Shown: positions 8,251 through 17,430, counted from the stretch's first letter. The stretch is 64,000 nt of DNA from an uncultured Gammaproteobacteria bacterium (GCA_964582715.1 CAZOSM010000004.1:57906-121905); one strand, 5' to 3'. The notes: generated from the sequence alone by a model not told the origin. Numbers and translations: made by a program.

Positions 8251-9579
8251 CTATTTTAGGTTCTTTATGATCTGTTTTGTGAGGATAATTTCTTTAAATA
8301 AATCTTTTGCTACAGATAATGCAAGTGTTGCTGCCTCTTTATTGGAAAGCTCGGTTCCATAATTTTTTGTTTTTGCACGCTCCAGAATAGTATCGGAAAC
8401 AGTTTTTCTTTTTGCAATCATGTCTTCTAGAGGTTCAATGAGAGGAAGAGATTTTGCAGGTATACATTGTTTACCCAGTTCGAGTAAACCTTTACAGTAT
8501 TCATAAATCATATTGTCCTGGAGACCTTTGTATGCGGCTTTATACTGTAATTTTTCTCTAACATGTTCTTCTGGTGGAATATAAATGGTGTTTCCAATTT
8601 TTTTGAATGGATATTTAATAGCGTCTTTGGAAACTGCAACCTGGACAAACTTTTCTTGCACATCTCGGGCAATATATTCAATAAGCGTTGCAAGAGCAAT
8701 GATAATCCGTGGATTGTTAATATCAAGTCCTCTATGCTCGAGCGTTCCATGGGAATTGAGCTTTACGGGGTTCCATGCAGTATCTAAAATAGAACCTCTT
8801 TTTAAAAGAGCCTTAATATTAATATCAAACTGGCCAATGATAGATTCCCAATCTTCAAATTTATTTTTAATAACAGCCATTAAATCGGTACTGCTATCTC
8901 TATACTTCTGTAAAGCACCAAACTGAGGATACTTAGCATATAAACCTTGGGGGTAATTGAGTAAATCGCCACCTCGATACACAATCATGCGGGCATCTTT
9001 TCCAAGCTGCTTACCCTGGTAATAAGGAGAACTTTGAGCAAATGTAGTGAGTGCTGGATCCATCGCAATAAACAAGTTATACATGTTGAGCATGCTATCC
9101 TGGTTTTTAGAAGAAATAAGTGTTTTTATAATCTTTTGTTCATAATCAAATACGCCCCATGGGAGTGAGAAATGAAAGTGAAGGCCTATACATCTTTTTG
9201 CAATAGCAAATTTTTGTTTTCCAAAAATTTGTTCCTTTACTTTATATCCATGCTCATCTTGAGTTTCGGGATTATGTTTCCCTGGGTAGGTGCCATATGA
9301 ATAGAGAACAATATCTTCTTTATCTGCGCAAAGGAGGACACTCTCAAAATCTTCAAGAAATGATTCCATGAGTTGTGGGATGTTGGTACTCGGTTTACTA
9401 ATAACTTCAACCATATTTTTACCACATTCACGCTTGATATCGATATGAGGATACATGTTTTTTACTCGTTCTATCAACCTGTCTGCAGCATCAATCATAT
9501 AGCCAGATCGATCAAGGGTAAAAAGTTCTATCTCGATACCGAATTTTAGTTTTTTTAATACTGAATTTTTTTTCGCCAT
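8251..9579 (-). CDS. Glutamate-cysteine ligase family 2 (GCS2/YbdK-like carboxylate-amine ligase)
   Basis: GIEIELF, MVEVISKP, IGLHFHFSLP, GTLEHRGLD motifs spaced as in GCS2 enzymes; 7-nt gap to the nuclease gene. Confidence 0.6.
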   Translation of the reverse strand: MAKKNSVLKKLKFGIEIELFTLDRSGYMIDAADRLIERVKNMYPHIDIKRECGKNMVEVISKPSTNIPQLMESFLEDFESVLLCADKEDIVLYSYGTYPGKHNPETQDEHGYKVKEQIFGKQKFAIAKRCIGLHFHFSLPWGVFDYEQKIIKTLISSKNQDSMLNMYNLFIAMDPALTTFAQSSPYYQGKQLGKDARMIVYRGGDLLNYPQGLYAKYPQFGALQKYRDSSTDLMAVIKNKFEDWESIIGQFDINIKALLKRGSILDTAWNPVKLNSHGTLEHRGLDINNPRIIIALATLIEYIARDVQEKFVQVAVSKDAIKYPFKKIGNTIYIPPEEHVREKLQYKAAYKGLQDNMIYEYCKGLLELGKQCIPAKSLPLIEPLEDMIAKRKTVSDTILERAKTKNYGTELSNKEAATLALSVAKDLFKEIILTKQIIKNLK

Positions 9580-9695
9580 AGAAACAACAAACTATTTTTG
9601 TTTTGGGATAGTATATTATACACGAAATTGTAATATTTAGAGCATATTAACACAATGCATCAGATGCAAAGAACTCCCCACTCTTGAAAGAAATG

Positions 9696-9704
9696 TGATA
9701 AAAT
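9696..9704 (+). promoter_or_regulatory. Extended -10 box TGATAAAAT for tRNA-Pro
   Basis: TGn-TAAAAT ends 12 nt before the mature tRNA 5-prime end; the same element precedes the other two tRNA genes. Confidence 0.5.
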
Positions 9705-9716
9705 TAGTCTCACATT

Positions 9717-9790
9717 CGGGGCGTAGTTCAGATGGCTAGAACGTACGCTTTGGGAGCGTAAGGTCGCGAGTTCAAGTCTCGCCGCCCCGA
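9717..9790 (+). tRNA. tRNA-Pro (anticodon UGG)
   Basis: Manual cloverleaf: acceptor CGGGGCG/CGCCCCG, anticodon arm TACGC-TTTGGGA-GCGTA, T arm GCGAG-TTCAAGT-CTCGC, discriminator A; CCA not encoded. Confidence 0.9.
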
Positions 9791-9834
9791 CATTTGGGCT
9801 TTCGCAGTAATGTATATAGAAGTTGTACTACAAC

Positions 9835-11055
9835 TTAATAACTGATTAATTGTGGATCTACATTTGATAAAGTACTTCGTCGTTGTTGTTTTTCAATTTG
9901 AGCTATGGCAGAGTCGATCCCTTTTATAAATGATCTATTTTGGGATTTTGCAATTATTTTAGCTCCAGCAATCGGACTAAGAATCAGTGATGTATTAAAC
10001 AAAGTACTGCCTCCTGTTGGTGTTTTTGGTTCCTCAAATGTTATTTCTATTTTATCAATTGCAATTTTTTTACTCATCTTTTGACCGAACCTAGCGAGAT
10101 GTTCTTTTCCTTTCTTCACATCATATTCAGAAACATTACTGGTTGGGTTTGTCATAATAAAATTAATTCTTTCCTCAGGTCGTAATGATGCAAATCCAGC
10201 TAGAATATCGTGCATGGATAAAAACCCCACTGGTTTTTTATAATTATCAGTGAGCACAACACTATTATGATCAGATGTCATAAGCTGCTTTATTATCTCT
10301 GTCTGCTCCGTATCATTTGATAATGAATATACCCGATGAGTAGCATAGTTTTTTATTGGGTCATCAGATCTATATTTTTTTTCAATATCAAATGCCCGAT
10401 CTGTCTTTTGTATACCATTTTTTCCAAATCGTTGTCTATCCGTAGGCTTCATATATGCATTCAGCAAATCTTTTCGTGAAACTATACCCGAAAGAATTCC
10501 ATGATTACCAACTAATATAACTCGTGATACACTTTTTTTCTTCATTATTTGGAATATGTCTCCCACAGTAGAATTATTACTAGCAGTGACTGGTATATGT
10601 GGTTTTATAGTAGAGCTTATATACATTAATAAATCTTGATCTTTCAGTAAATTTTGAAATATATATTTACTACTTATCACTCCTATAACTTGTTTATCTT
10701 CATTAAATACTGGAAGGACATACATGCGATTTTCAAGCATATATGAGGCTACATTATACAGTTGAGTTTTTTTTGTAATAAGTGGGGGATTTATTGCAAT
10801 TGATGAAACTTTTGTTGTATAGGGATATCTATGTTTGTAAAGTGCTGTGTATGATGAAATAAGTCCGATAAATTCACCTTTTTCTGTAAAAACAAATAAA
10901 GGTGAATGACTTGAAACAATACGCGGTAATACGGATCCCAAAGTTTCTTCTGCATCGATTTTTAGATTATTATCAAGTGGTGAAATATATGGAACAATTT
11001 GAAATTGTTTTTTTAAATCTCTATCAGAGCCTTTTATATGTATTATGTTATTCAT
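9835..11055 (-). CDS. Four-CBS-motif protein with C-terminal HPF/RaiA (ribosomal S30AE)-like domain
   Basis: Four CBS motifs (res ~40-290). Res ~297-393 match the beta-alpha-beta-beta-beta-alpha pattern of hibernation factors (INFIMTN..., IDKIEITFEE, LFNTSLILS, KIIAKSQN, FIKGIDSAIAQIEKQQRR). Confidence 0.65.
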   Translation of the reverse strand: MNNIIHIKGSDRDLKKQFQIVPYISPLDNNLKIDAEETLGSVLPRIVSSHSPLFVFTEKGEFIGLISSYTALYKHRYPYTTKVSSIAINPPLITKKTQLYNVASYMLENRMYVLPVFNEDKQVIGVISSKYIFQNLLKDQDLLMYISSTIKPHIPVTASNNSTVGDIFQIMKKKSVSRVILVGNHGILSGIVSRKDLLNAYMKPTDRQRFGKNGIQKTDRAFDIEKKYRSDDPIKNYATHRVYSLSNDTEQTEIIKQLMTSDHNSVVLTDNYKKPVGFLSMHDILAGFASLRPEERINFIMTNPTSNVSEYDVKKGKEHLARFGQKMSKKIAIDKIEITFEEPKTPTGGSTLFNTSLILSPIAGAKIIAKSQNRSFIKGIDSAIAQIEKQQRRSTLSNVDPQLISY

Positions 11056-11066
11056 AAGTTTGTTAT

Positions 11067-11369
11067 TTAATGCGTTCTATAATATTCTTCTGCATCGTCC
11101 ATGTTTTTAGCAATATTTAGTTCTTTGGGATGTTCCAAATCCGCATCTATTGCTATACCCATCCTGTGTACGTTTTGAAGCGTATCATCGTCGGACTCTA
11201 AATCTGGTGTAGAGCCACTGACAGAGTTACTTCCTCTCACGCTTGGAGATTGAAGAGATGAATTATCTTCTTGAGCCATTTCTTCCATATCTTGTTTGTA
11301 AGTACCGTTATCAACTGGTTTATCGTAAGAAATTACTGTAGGTTTGTTTGTTTTATTTTTTGTTTTCAT
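11067..11369 (-). CDS. Hypothetical acidic Ser/Asp-rich 100-aa protein
   Basis: ORF 11 nt upstream of the CBS gene on the same strand; no recognisable domain. Confidence 0.5.
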   Translation of the reverse strand: MKTKNKTNKPTVISYDKPVDNGTYKQDMEEMAQEDNSSLQSPSVRGSNSVSGSTPDLESDDDTLQNVHRMGIAIDADLEHPKELNIAKNMDDAEEYYRTH

Positions 11370-11539
11370 AATATAGTATTTTAATATTTAAGGAAAAGTC
11401 TTAATAATGAAAATTTCAAACTAATTTATAAATCGATCTGTTTAACTTATTATAGTTCTTAATCAAGGTAGCAATGTAGTAGTCATGTAAGTAACCGATA
11501 GTGTTTTGCGTAGAAGTTACTTCTATATTAATAAACAAT

Positions 11540-12616
11540 TTATTTTTTAATCGGCAAAGTAAAGTAAAAAGTTGAGCCCTTACCTTCTATACTTTTTACC
11601 CATAATTCTCCACCATGTTGTTTAACAATCTCTGATGAAATAAAAAGTCCGAGTCCAAGCCCAGAAATGGAACTTTCTTTTTTACCTTTCGCTCTAAAAA
11701 ATCTTTCATAAATCCTGCTCTGTTCCTCTTGAGGAATACCCATACCAAAATCTTGTACAGAAACAGTAACTCTACCGATTTCTGGCTTTTGTGAAACTAA
11801 AACTCTCTTTGCTTCAGGTGAGTATTTAATTGCATTCGAAACTAAATTTACGAGTACCTGATGAATTCGTGCTTTATCTGCATAAACTTTTACTTTAGTA
11901 CTATCTGTTCGTTCTACAATATGGGAACTAATTGTGTATTGAAAATTACCTACAACTTCAGCAATCAGTTCCTCTAATTGAAATCGAGTTTTTTTTAATC
12001 GAAGTTGCCCAGTGCGCATTTTATATACATTCATAAATGATGCAACGAGTTCAGTTAATCTATTCATCTGTGAGTCCATTTTAGCAAGCATTGAGGACGC
12101 TTTTTTATCACTCGTGATTAATGGATGTTTTTGCAATAATTGTGTATATGCTTTCATACTCGTGACTGGAGTTTTTAGTTCATGTGATGCAATTGAGATA
12201 AAGTCATCTTTCTGTTGTTCTATATGTTTTTTTTCAGTTATATCTTCCAGAGCCAAAAGTATCATTGGCTCATTGCTGTTTTTCTGAACTACCTTACGTG
12301 CGTTGAGTAGAATAATTCTTTTTCCAATAACCGGAAAATCATGCTCTATTTCAAAATCTTGGAAAAAAGACTTGTTAGGTATGATATCGTTTAGTAAATA
12401 ACGGAGTTTTGGATTGTCCCATTGTCCATTTCCCAACTTATAAATTAACTTTTTTTCTGTTTCTTTTTTAGTAACATGGAAAATTTTATAGAAAGACCTA
12501 TTGGCAGTTAACACTCGGAGTTTTTCATCAAGAATAACGAGCGGTTCTCGTACGGTTTCTACGATCGCTTCTGCATAATCTCGCTCCTGTTCTGTTTTAT
12601 GTAACGATTTTGGCAT
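11540..12616 (-). CDS. Cytoplasmic PAS-domain sensor histidine kinase
   Basis: PAS (ILDEKLRVLTANRSF...), H-box FISIASHELKTPVTS, N/G boxes (NAIKYSP, DFGMGIP, GLGLGLFIS), KGSTFYFTLP tail. Confidence 0.9.
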   Translation of the reverse strand: MPKSLHKTEQERDYAEAIVETVREPLVILDEKLRVLTANRSFYKIFHVTKKETEKKLIYKLGNGQWDNPKLRYLLNDIIPNKSFFQDFEIEHDFPVIGKRIILLNARKVVQKNSNEPMILLALEDITEKKHIEQQKDDFISIASHELKTPVTSMKAYTQLLQKHPLITSDKKASSMLAKMDSQMNRLTELVASFMNVYKMRTGQLRLKKTRFQLEELIAEVVGNFQYTISSHIVERTDSTKVKVYADKARIHQVLVNLVSNAIKYSPEAKRVLVSQKPEIGRVTVSVQDFGMGIPQEEQSRIYERFFRAKGKKESSISGLGLGLFISSEIVKQHGGELWVKSIEGKGSTFYFTLPIKK

Positions 12617-12914
12617 ATATTATCCTTCTAACTAGAAGTTTACTCTTTATTTGGGAATGTACAACTATTTCATACAAATGAACGCTGATAAGCTCAATTT
12701 TATGGAATATTTGTAAGAGAAGACAAAATGTAACAGCGTTAATGTAGAAAATATAGAGTGCTTGTTAAATGAACAGAAATTTAGTAGATATACTTAATAG
12801 CTATTATATTATTTATAGAGTTATAAAAATAATTTTTATCAGTTAGTTGATTATTCCAATATGCCCAAATAGTATTCGCCAGTAGTTCAAGATCAATCTC
12901 TTCTTCTCGACAAG

Positions 12915-13460
12915 TTAGGCCTCTTTTCTAATCTCCTCCATACTTTTTCCACTGACAGCAGAAAAATCGTAGTCATTGGCATCATAGCCTTCTTTTATAT
13001 GTTCATCTTTATGTTTAATAAGAAGCCAGGCATTTGGCCCGCCAAATCCTTTCGTTTTAATAAGAGCAAATGAGCCTTGAATCTTTTTACCGAATAAAGT
13101 GAATTTCAGCTCTCCTTTTTTAAGCCCTTCTTTCACGACTTTTTGTCCTTCATCATAGTCTTTAATAATTTCACGAACACCTTTTGAAACTTCAATCTCT
13201 GGCAGGTAATAACCTTCATCCCAGATCATCACTGGTCCGGCACCATACTTTCCTTCATTAATAACACCTTCAAAATTACGGTATTCCATACTGTGATCTG
13301 TTGTTTGCATAGCAAGTCTTTTCAGGGAGTTATCTAAGGTTGGACCTTTCGGTATTGCCCAAGATGGCATAACTTTTCCAATTTGCAGTCGAAAATCATA
13401 ATGAAGTCTGGTTGCGGCGTGTTTATGTATAACAAAAAGTAATTTTGAAGTTTTTTGCAT
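12915..13460 (-). CDS. Stand-alone LigD-type 3-prime-phosphoesterase (PE) domain protein
   Basis: FVIHKHAATRLHYDFRL, SWAIPKGP, TTDHSMEY..FEG, YGAGPVMIWDEG; TATAAT box 6 nt before ATG 13460. The longer ORF to 13553 is probably non-coding. Confidence 0.8.
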   Translation of the reverse strand: MQKTSKLLFVIHKHAATRLHYDFRLQIGKVMPSWAIPKGPTLDNSLKRLAMQTTDHSMEYRNFEGVINEGKYGAGPVMIWDEGYYLPEIEVSKGVREIIKDYDEGQKVVKEGLKKGELKFTLFGKKIQGSFALIKTKGFGGPNAWLLIKHKDEHIKEGYDANDYDFSAVSGKSMEEIRKEA

Positions 13461-13611
13461 ATGAGAATTATACAAACATAACGTAGGAAAGTAATTATTT
13501 ACAAAAAGAAGGACAATTTCCCCGGACCGACACCTTGTAATATACCAGCACACCGCATTGTGTGGCGTATATGTAGTGAGTATCGATCCAGGGATGAGCT
13601 GTCATCTTCGA

Positions 13612-13737
13612 TCAGAAAGTGGCCTTGCATCGCCAACATTTGTGCAAGCCATAGTTGACTTCAGTTACTAAGTCGTTCTTATGACATAGAGGGCAGTTTG
13701 GTATCACTTTCCCGATACAGCGAATTAGCCATTTCAT
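13612..13737 (-). CDS. 41-aa zinc-ribbon micro-protein (hypothetical)
   Basis: Below ORF-track cutoff; MKWLIRCIGKVIPNCPLCHKNDLVTEVNYGLHKCWRCKATF has CPLC...CWRC; AAAGGAG SD 7 nt upstream; locally GC-richer than its surroundings. Confidence 0.45.
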   Translation of the reverse strand: MKWLIRCIGKVIPNCPLCHKNDLVTEVNYGLHKCWRCKATF

Positions 13738-13820
13738 CCTTACACTCCTTTCTGCTATATACAGCTCATGACTAACTCAAATTATATATAAATGTATCGA
13801 AAATACAATACTATAGGAAA

Positions 13821-14417
13821 TTAGGTATTATCAAGTGAGTTCCACAAGATACGACAAGCATAGGTCCGGTAAGGTTTCCAGTTTTCGCTTATCTCAAGCA
13901 GTTTCTCAACTGTCGGATCCTTAATCTGGTAGAGTTTTTCAATAGCTCGTTTAAGTCCAAGGTCTCCTGTTGAGAATAAGTCTTCTCGACCCAATGAGAA
14001 CATAAGAAACATCTCAGCTGTCCAACGGCCTATGCCTTTTACTTTAGTCAGCTCATCAATCACTTCCTGTTCTGTCATATCTTTTAATGATTCAAGGTGT
14101 ACTTGTTTGGTAATCACCTTATCTGCTAAATCTAAGATATATTTAGCTTTCGCATTAGAGATACCAAGTGCACGAAGTTCTTCCACAGAAAGTGTATGCA
14201 CACGCTCTGGTTCAATGACATCATCTAGTAGTCGTTTAAACCGGTTATAGATTACATCACTTACTTTTACAGAAAGCTGTTGTGAAATGATTAATTCACA
14301 AAGTGAAGCAAAATAGTTGTCAGACTCAGTTTTCACTATTGTTTTCCCATGCTGCATGGCGGCTTTATACAGTATTAGGTCTTTCTTCTTGAAGTGGTTG
14401 AGAATTTGTTTGTTCAT
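13821..14417 (-). CDS. DNA-3-methyladenine glycosylase II-like (AlkA, HhH-GPD superfamily)
   Basis: HhH-GPD core: QQLSVKV, LTKVKGIGRWTAEMFLMF, catalytic-Asp context TGDLGLKRA. Confidence 0.8.
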   Translation of the reverse strand: MNKQILNHFKKKDLILYKAAMQHGKTIVKTESDNYFASLCELIISQQLSVKVSDVIYNRFKRLLDDVIEPERVHTLSVEELRALGISNAKAKYILDLADKVITKQVHLESLKDMTEQEVIDELTKVKGIGRWTAEMFLMFSLGREDLFSTGDLGLKRAIEKLYQIKDPTVEKLLEISENWKPYRTYACRILWNSLDNT

Positions 14418-15084
14418 TTGCGGTTTGAGTACTATTTTTTAAACGAGAAATCCATAATGCTATTCTAAGAACTATCACACTTACTCCTGCTACAAAGACA
14501 AAAATACTGAAAGGTGGGAATAATGAATCTCCTCCACCCAAAAGCCATTCTAACCAATCAGTATAGAGTAGCATTCCAAAATGTAAAATTGAGAGGGCAT
14601 AGGCAATATATCCCAGCCGTAGCAACTGTCTCCAGAGTTTACCTCCTAACTTCTGGACCATAGATTTTCGAGAAATATAAACCATTCCCGCATACATAAT
14701 AATTGCGATCACAGCGCTGAGAAAAGGTATAAGGCGATCTTCCTGAAGGTAATAGATCACATAAGGTTTAGCGCGAGAAGACATAAATAATGCAAAATAG
14801 GTATGAAATAATGCATATATAAACCCAATAACTCCCAGATGTTTACGGTAAATGATAAAGTGATCAGCGAAGTTCCAGAAGTAACATAGGCCGCTTAGTG
14901 CAAACGAGAGGCCAATAAGTAGAATGCTCACATCAGCTGCTACTCTATTTGCTATGAATAAACTAAAAGTACCTCTTTGTACAAAATAGTAAAGAGCAAC
15001 AACTATATAGACAAAAAGACTGTAAATAATCATATTTCGCCAAAGAGATAGCGTTGTATTAGATTGGCTGTTGTCAGGATTCAT
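14365..15084 (-). CDS. Ferric-reductase-like transmembrane domain protein (MsrQ/YedZ-like)
   Basis: Six TM helices with conserved His contexts RKHLGVIGFIYALFH and WRQLLRLGYIAYALSILH; 3-prime end overlaps the AlkA-like ORF by 53 nt. Confidence 0.55.
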   Translation of the reverse strand: MNPDNSQSNTTLSLWRNMIIYSLFVYIVVALYYFVQRGTFSLFIANRVAADVSILLIGLSFALSGLCYFWNFADHFIIYRKHLGVIGFIYALFHTYFALFMSSRAKPYVIYYLQEDRLIPFLSAVIAIIMYAGMVYISRKSMVQKLGGKLWRQLLRLGYIAYALSILHFGMLLYTDWLEWLLGGGDSLFPPFSIFVFVAGVSVIVLRIALWISRLKNSTQTANEQTNSQPLQEERPNTV

Positions 15085-15140
15085 ATATTAGCCCAAGTAT
15101 ATCGAATTTCTGCCATTCTATCTAGTATTATTAAAGTGAC

Positions 15141-15575
15141 ATGAAGAAACAATATCTGATTGGTATAGTTTTGATGATTCTGTTAATTGTACTGGGTGGA
15201 TATGTATATATGCAGAAACAAAGGGTACACACTCAGCCAGAAGATGCACTGTGGGAGAATTATGAAGTAAGAGAGGTGGAAATAGAAGGCAAAGTATATA
15301 AACTGATTGTAGCTGATACTCCAGCAAGATGGCAAAAGGGACTTATGTTTGTCAGAAAACCAGTAACAGGGTTTGATGGCATGATTTTTATTTTTCCTTC
15401 TTACCAGTATCAGCGTTTTTGGAATATGAATACTTTTGAGAATCTCACTTTATATTGGATGAAAGGTGAAGAGGTTGTAGGGAAAAGCCAGCTTCCTTCA
15501 ATTGAAGAGAGTAAAGATATTGTTCGTGTTTCTTCTCCGGAGCCAGTAAATATAGTTGTAGAAATAATTAATTAA
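15141..15575 (+). CDS. DUF192-family protein with N-terminal membrane anchor
   Basis: VADTPARWQKGLMF...GMIFIF...FWMNT-like core typical of DUF192 (COG1430). Confidence 0.7.
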   Translation: MKKQYLIGIVLMILLIVLGGYVYMQKQRVHTQPEDALWENYEVREVEIEGKVYKLIVADTPARWQKGLMFVRKPVTGFDGMIFIFPSYQYQRFWNMNTFENLTLYWMKGEEVVGKSQLPSIEESKDIVRVSSPEPVNIVVEIIN

Positions 15576-15579
15576 AAAA

Positions 15580-15601
15580 CCGAGGTATGACCCTCGGTTT
15601 T
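15580..15601. terminator. Bidirectional intrinsic terminator
   Basis: CCGAGG (15580..15585) - 6-nt loop - CCTCGG (15592..15597), flanked by an A-run upstream and TTTT downstream; lies between convergent genes. Confidence 0.7.
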
Positions 15602-15625
15602 ATGACTCATGTACGGTACTTTAAA

Positions 15626-15901
15626 TCAAAGTGCGATTGATCCATTGTTTTTAAGCTTTTTAGAAGCTTTATCTTGGATGTTATCTTTTGTGTGTTCCGC
15701 TCTACTGCTGAGTAGGTTAAATGAATCCTGTGTTTTTTTCTTAACATCATCTAACCTCTCCATGACTTTCTTTCTATTATCTTTGTTAGATAAGTAAAGA
15801 GTTGCTGCCGATCCAAGTGCAATACCTGCTGCAGCTCCCACAACTCCTGCCACAAAAGGATCTTTCGCTCTTTGTTCTGCTAAATGGTTTTGATCTTGCA
15901 T
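15626..15901 (-). CDS. YtxH-domain general-stress protein
   Basis: Gly/Ala-rich N-terminal helix (VAGVVGAAAGIALGSA) then charged helical tail. Confidence 0.7.
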   Translation of the reverse strand: MQDQNHLAEQRAKDPFVAGVVGAAAGIALGSAATLYLSNKDNRKKVMERLDDVKKKTQDSFNLLSSRAEHTKDNIQDKASKKLKNNGSIAL

Positions 15902-16014
15902 AGATAAATAATAAATTAATAACGTATTCTTATCTTATATTCATAATTACAAAATAGAATAAAGAATATGATAAAGTATCGTAAGAACAGTATTACTAAT
16001 TAATTATTTTATTT

Positions 16015-16488
16015 ATGCCTTTACCAATAGGAATGCAGGCACCAGAATTTAACCTGCCAGATCACAATGGAAAAAATCATAACATTACTCAATACAGAGG
16101 AAGCTGGGTGGTTGTATACTTCTATCCAAAAGATGATACACCTGGTTGTACAAAAGAAGCTTGTTCATTCCGTGATCATTTTGAAGTTCTGAAAGCACAA
16201 GGGATAGTAGTATTGGGAATTTCAAAAGACACACAAGCATCACATAAAAAGTTTACTGAAAAATATAATTTAAATTTTACTCTGTTGAGCGATACGGAAG
16301 GGGAGGTTATTAAAAAGTATGAAGCATGGGGAGAGAAGAAAATGATGGGGAAAACGTATGAAGGAATACTACGTATTACATATATTCTCGATCCACAAGG
16401 CATTATTCGTAAAGTATACGAACAGGTCAAGCCAGATGATCATGCCCAAGAGATACTTACAGATATCAATGCTTTACGACAAGAATAA
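16015..16488 (+). CDS. bcp: Thiol peroxidase Bcp (peroxiredoxin)
   Basis: VVVYFYPKDDTPGCTKEAC peroxidatic-Cys motif, AhpC/TSA fold length. Confidence 0.9.
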   Translation: MPLPIGMQAPEFNLPDHNGKNHNITQYRGSWVVVYFYPKDDTPGCTKEACSFRDHFEVLKAQGIVVLGISKDTQASHKKFTEKYNLNFTLLSDTEGEVIKKYEAWGEKKMMGKTYEGILRITYILDPQGIIRKVYEQVKPDDHAQEILTDINALRQE

Positions 16489-16491
16489 CTA

Positions 16492-17430
16492 TTACTCCTC
16501 TTGGTGATGAGTAATAATATACCTCACAGTGCCTGAGGTTTTCCTCATTGCAACAGATTGAGTTATTATTGTCTCTGGTGTAAAAACAACACCTGGGAGA
16601 AGAGGCCCATCGATAACGCCTGTTGCGGTAAAGGTGAGTAAATCTCCTTTTGCCATATCTTTTGCTGTCAATATTTGTGTATCGTTGAGACCCATTTCCT
16701 GTAGTTTCCTCTTATCCTCTTCGTTTCGAGGTTTAAAGCGACCTAATATCTCACCATCAAGAATACGCAAAGCAACAGCAGCAAGTACTCCTTCCGTGCT
16801 TCCACCACTGCCGATAAGCATATCAATAGGACTTTCTTGTAAACAGGTAGAAACAGCTACAGCAACATCTCCATCTGTTACTAACCGTATACGAGCACCA
16901 GTTGCTCTTACTTCTTTGATTAGGTTTTCGTGTCGGGGTCTATCTAGCATACTTACGGTTAGTTCTTCAATATCTTTTCCGAGAGCTTTAGCAACCTTTG
17001 TAATATTGTCTTTAACCGGCGCATCAAGATCAATAACGCTTTTTGCTTCTTTTGAGACAGCAATTTTATCCATATATGTATCTGGAGCAGAAAGGAGGCT
17101 TCCTTTTGGACCAGTAGTAATAACCGTGAGTGCATTATATCGCCCATATGCCACACTGTCAGTACACTCAAGCGGGTCAACAGCGATATCCATCTCCGGA
17201 CCAGTACCTTTGCCTACTTTCTCACCAGTATATAGTTCGGGCGCTTCATCCTTGCTCCCTTCACCAATTACAATAGTTCCTGAAAAATCTACTTGGTTAA
17301 ATCGAGTCCGCATAGCGTCAACTGCTGCTTTATCTGCTCCTTTTTTATCTCCGCGACCAATCCACTTTGCTGATGCAATTGCTGCAGCTTCGGTAACTCG
17401 TACAAATTCAAGAGCTAAGTTTCTATCCAT
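16492..17430 (-). CDS. glpX: Fructose-1,6-bisphosphatase class II
   Basis: Full-length GlpX-type sequence (LALEFVRVTEAAA, IGEGSKDEAP, DPLECT, GSGGSTEGV). Confidence 0.9.
   Translation of the reverse strand: MDRNLALEFVRVTEAAAIASAKWIGRGDKKGADKAAVDAMRTRFNQVDFSGTIVIGEGSKDEAPELYTGEKVGKGTGPEMDIAVDPLECTDSVAYGRYNALTVITTGPKGSLLSAPDTYMDKIAVSKEAKSVIDLDAPVKDNITKVAKALGKDIEELTVSMLDRPRHENLIKEVRATGARIRLVTDGDVAVAVSTCLQESPIDMLIGSGGSTEGVLAAVALRILDGEILGRFKPRNEEDKRKLQEMGLNDTQILTAKDMAKGDLLTFTATGVIDGPLLPGVVFTPETIITQSVAMRKTSGTVRYIITHHQEE

Noticed and set aside
12672-12684. 13-mer ATACAAATGAACG shared with 53966..53978, both upstream of minus-strand genes.
   Set aside because: In 64 kb of AT-rich DNA, many shared 13-mers are expected by chance, and the flanks do not align.
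12617-12914. 298-nt AT-rich spacer with a 7-bp inverted repeat (AACGCTG ... CAGCGTT), considered as a small RNA.
   Set aside because: The stem is short and encloses a ~48-nt AT-rich loop, with no terminator or promoter pairing. It is indistinguishable from chance in AT-rich DNA.
13461-13553. N-terminal extensions given by the ORF track (13553, 30558, 39687, 48651, 59373, 62431, 43705, 51376, 24356 and others).
   Set aside because: The extensions are Cys/Trp/Tyr-rich or start at TTG/GTG and overlap neighbouring genes or promoters. The conserved protein cores begin at downstream ATGs that carry -10 or SD signals.
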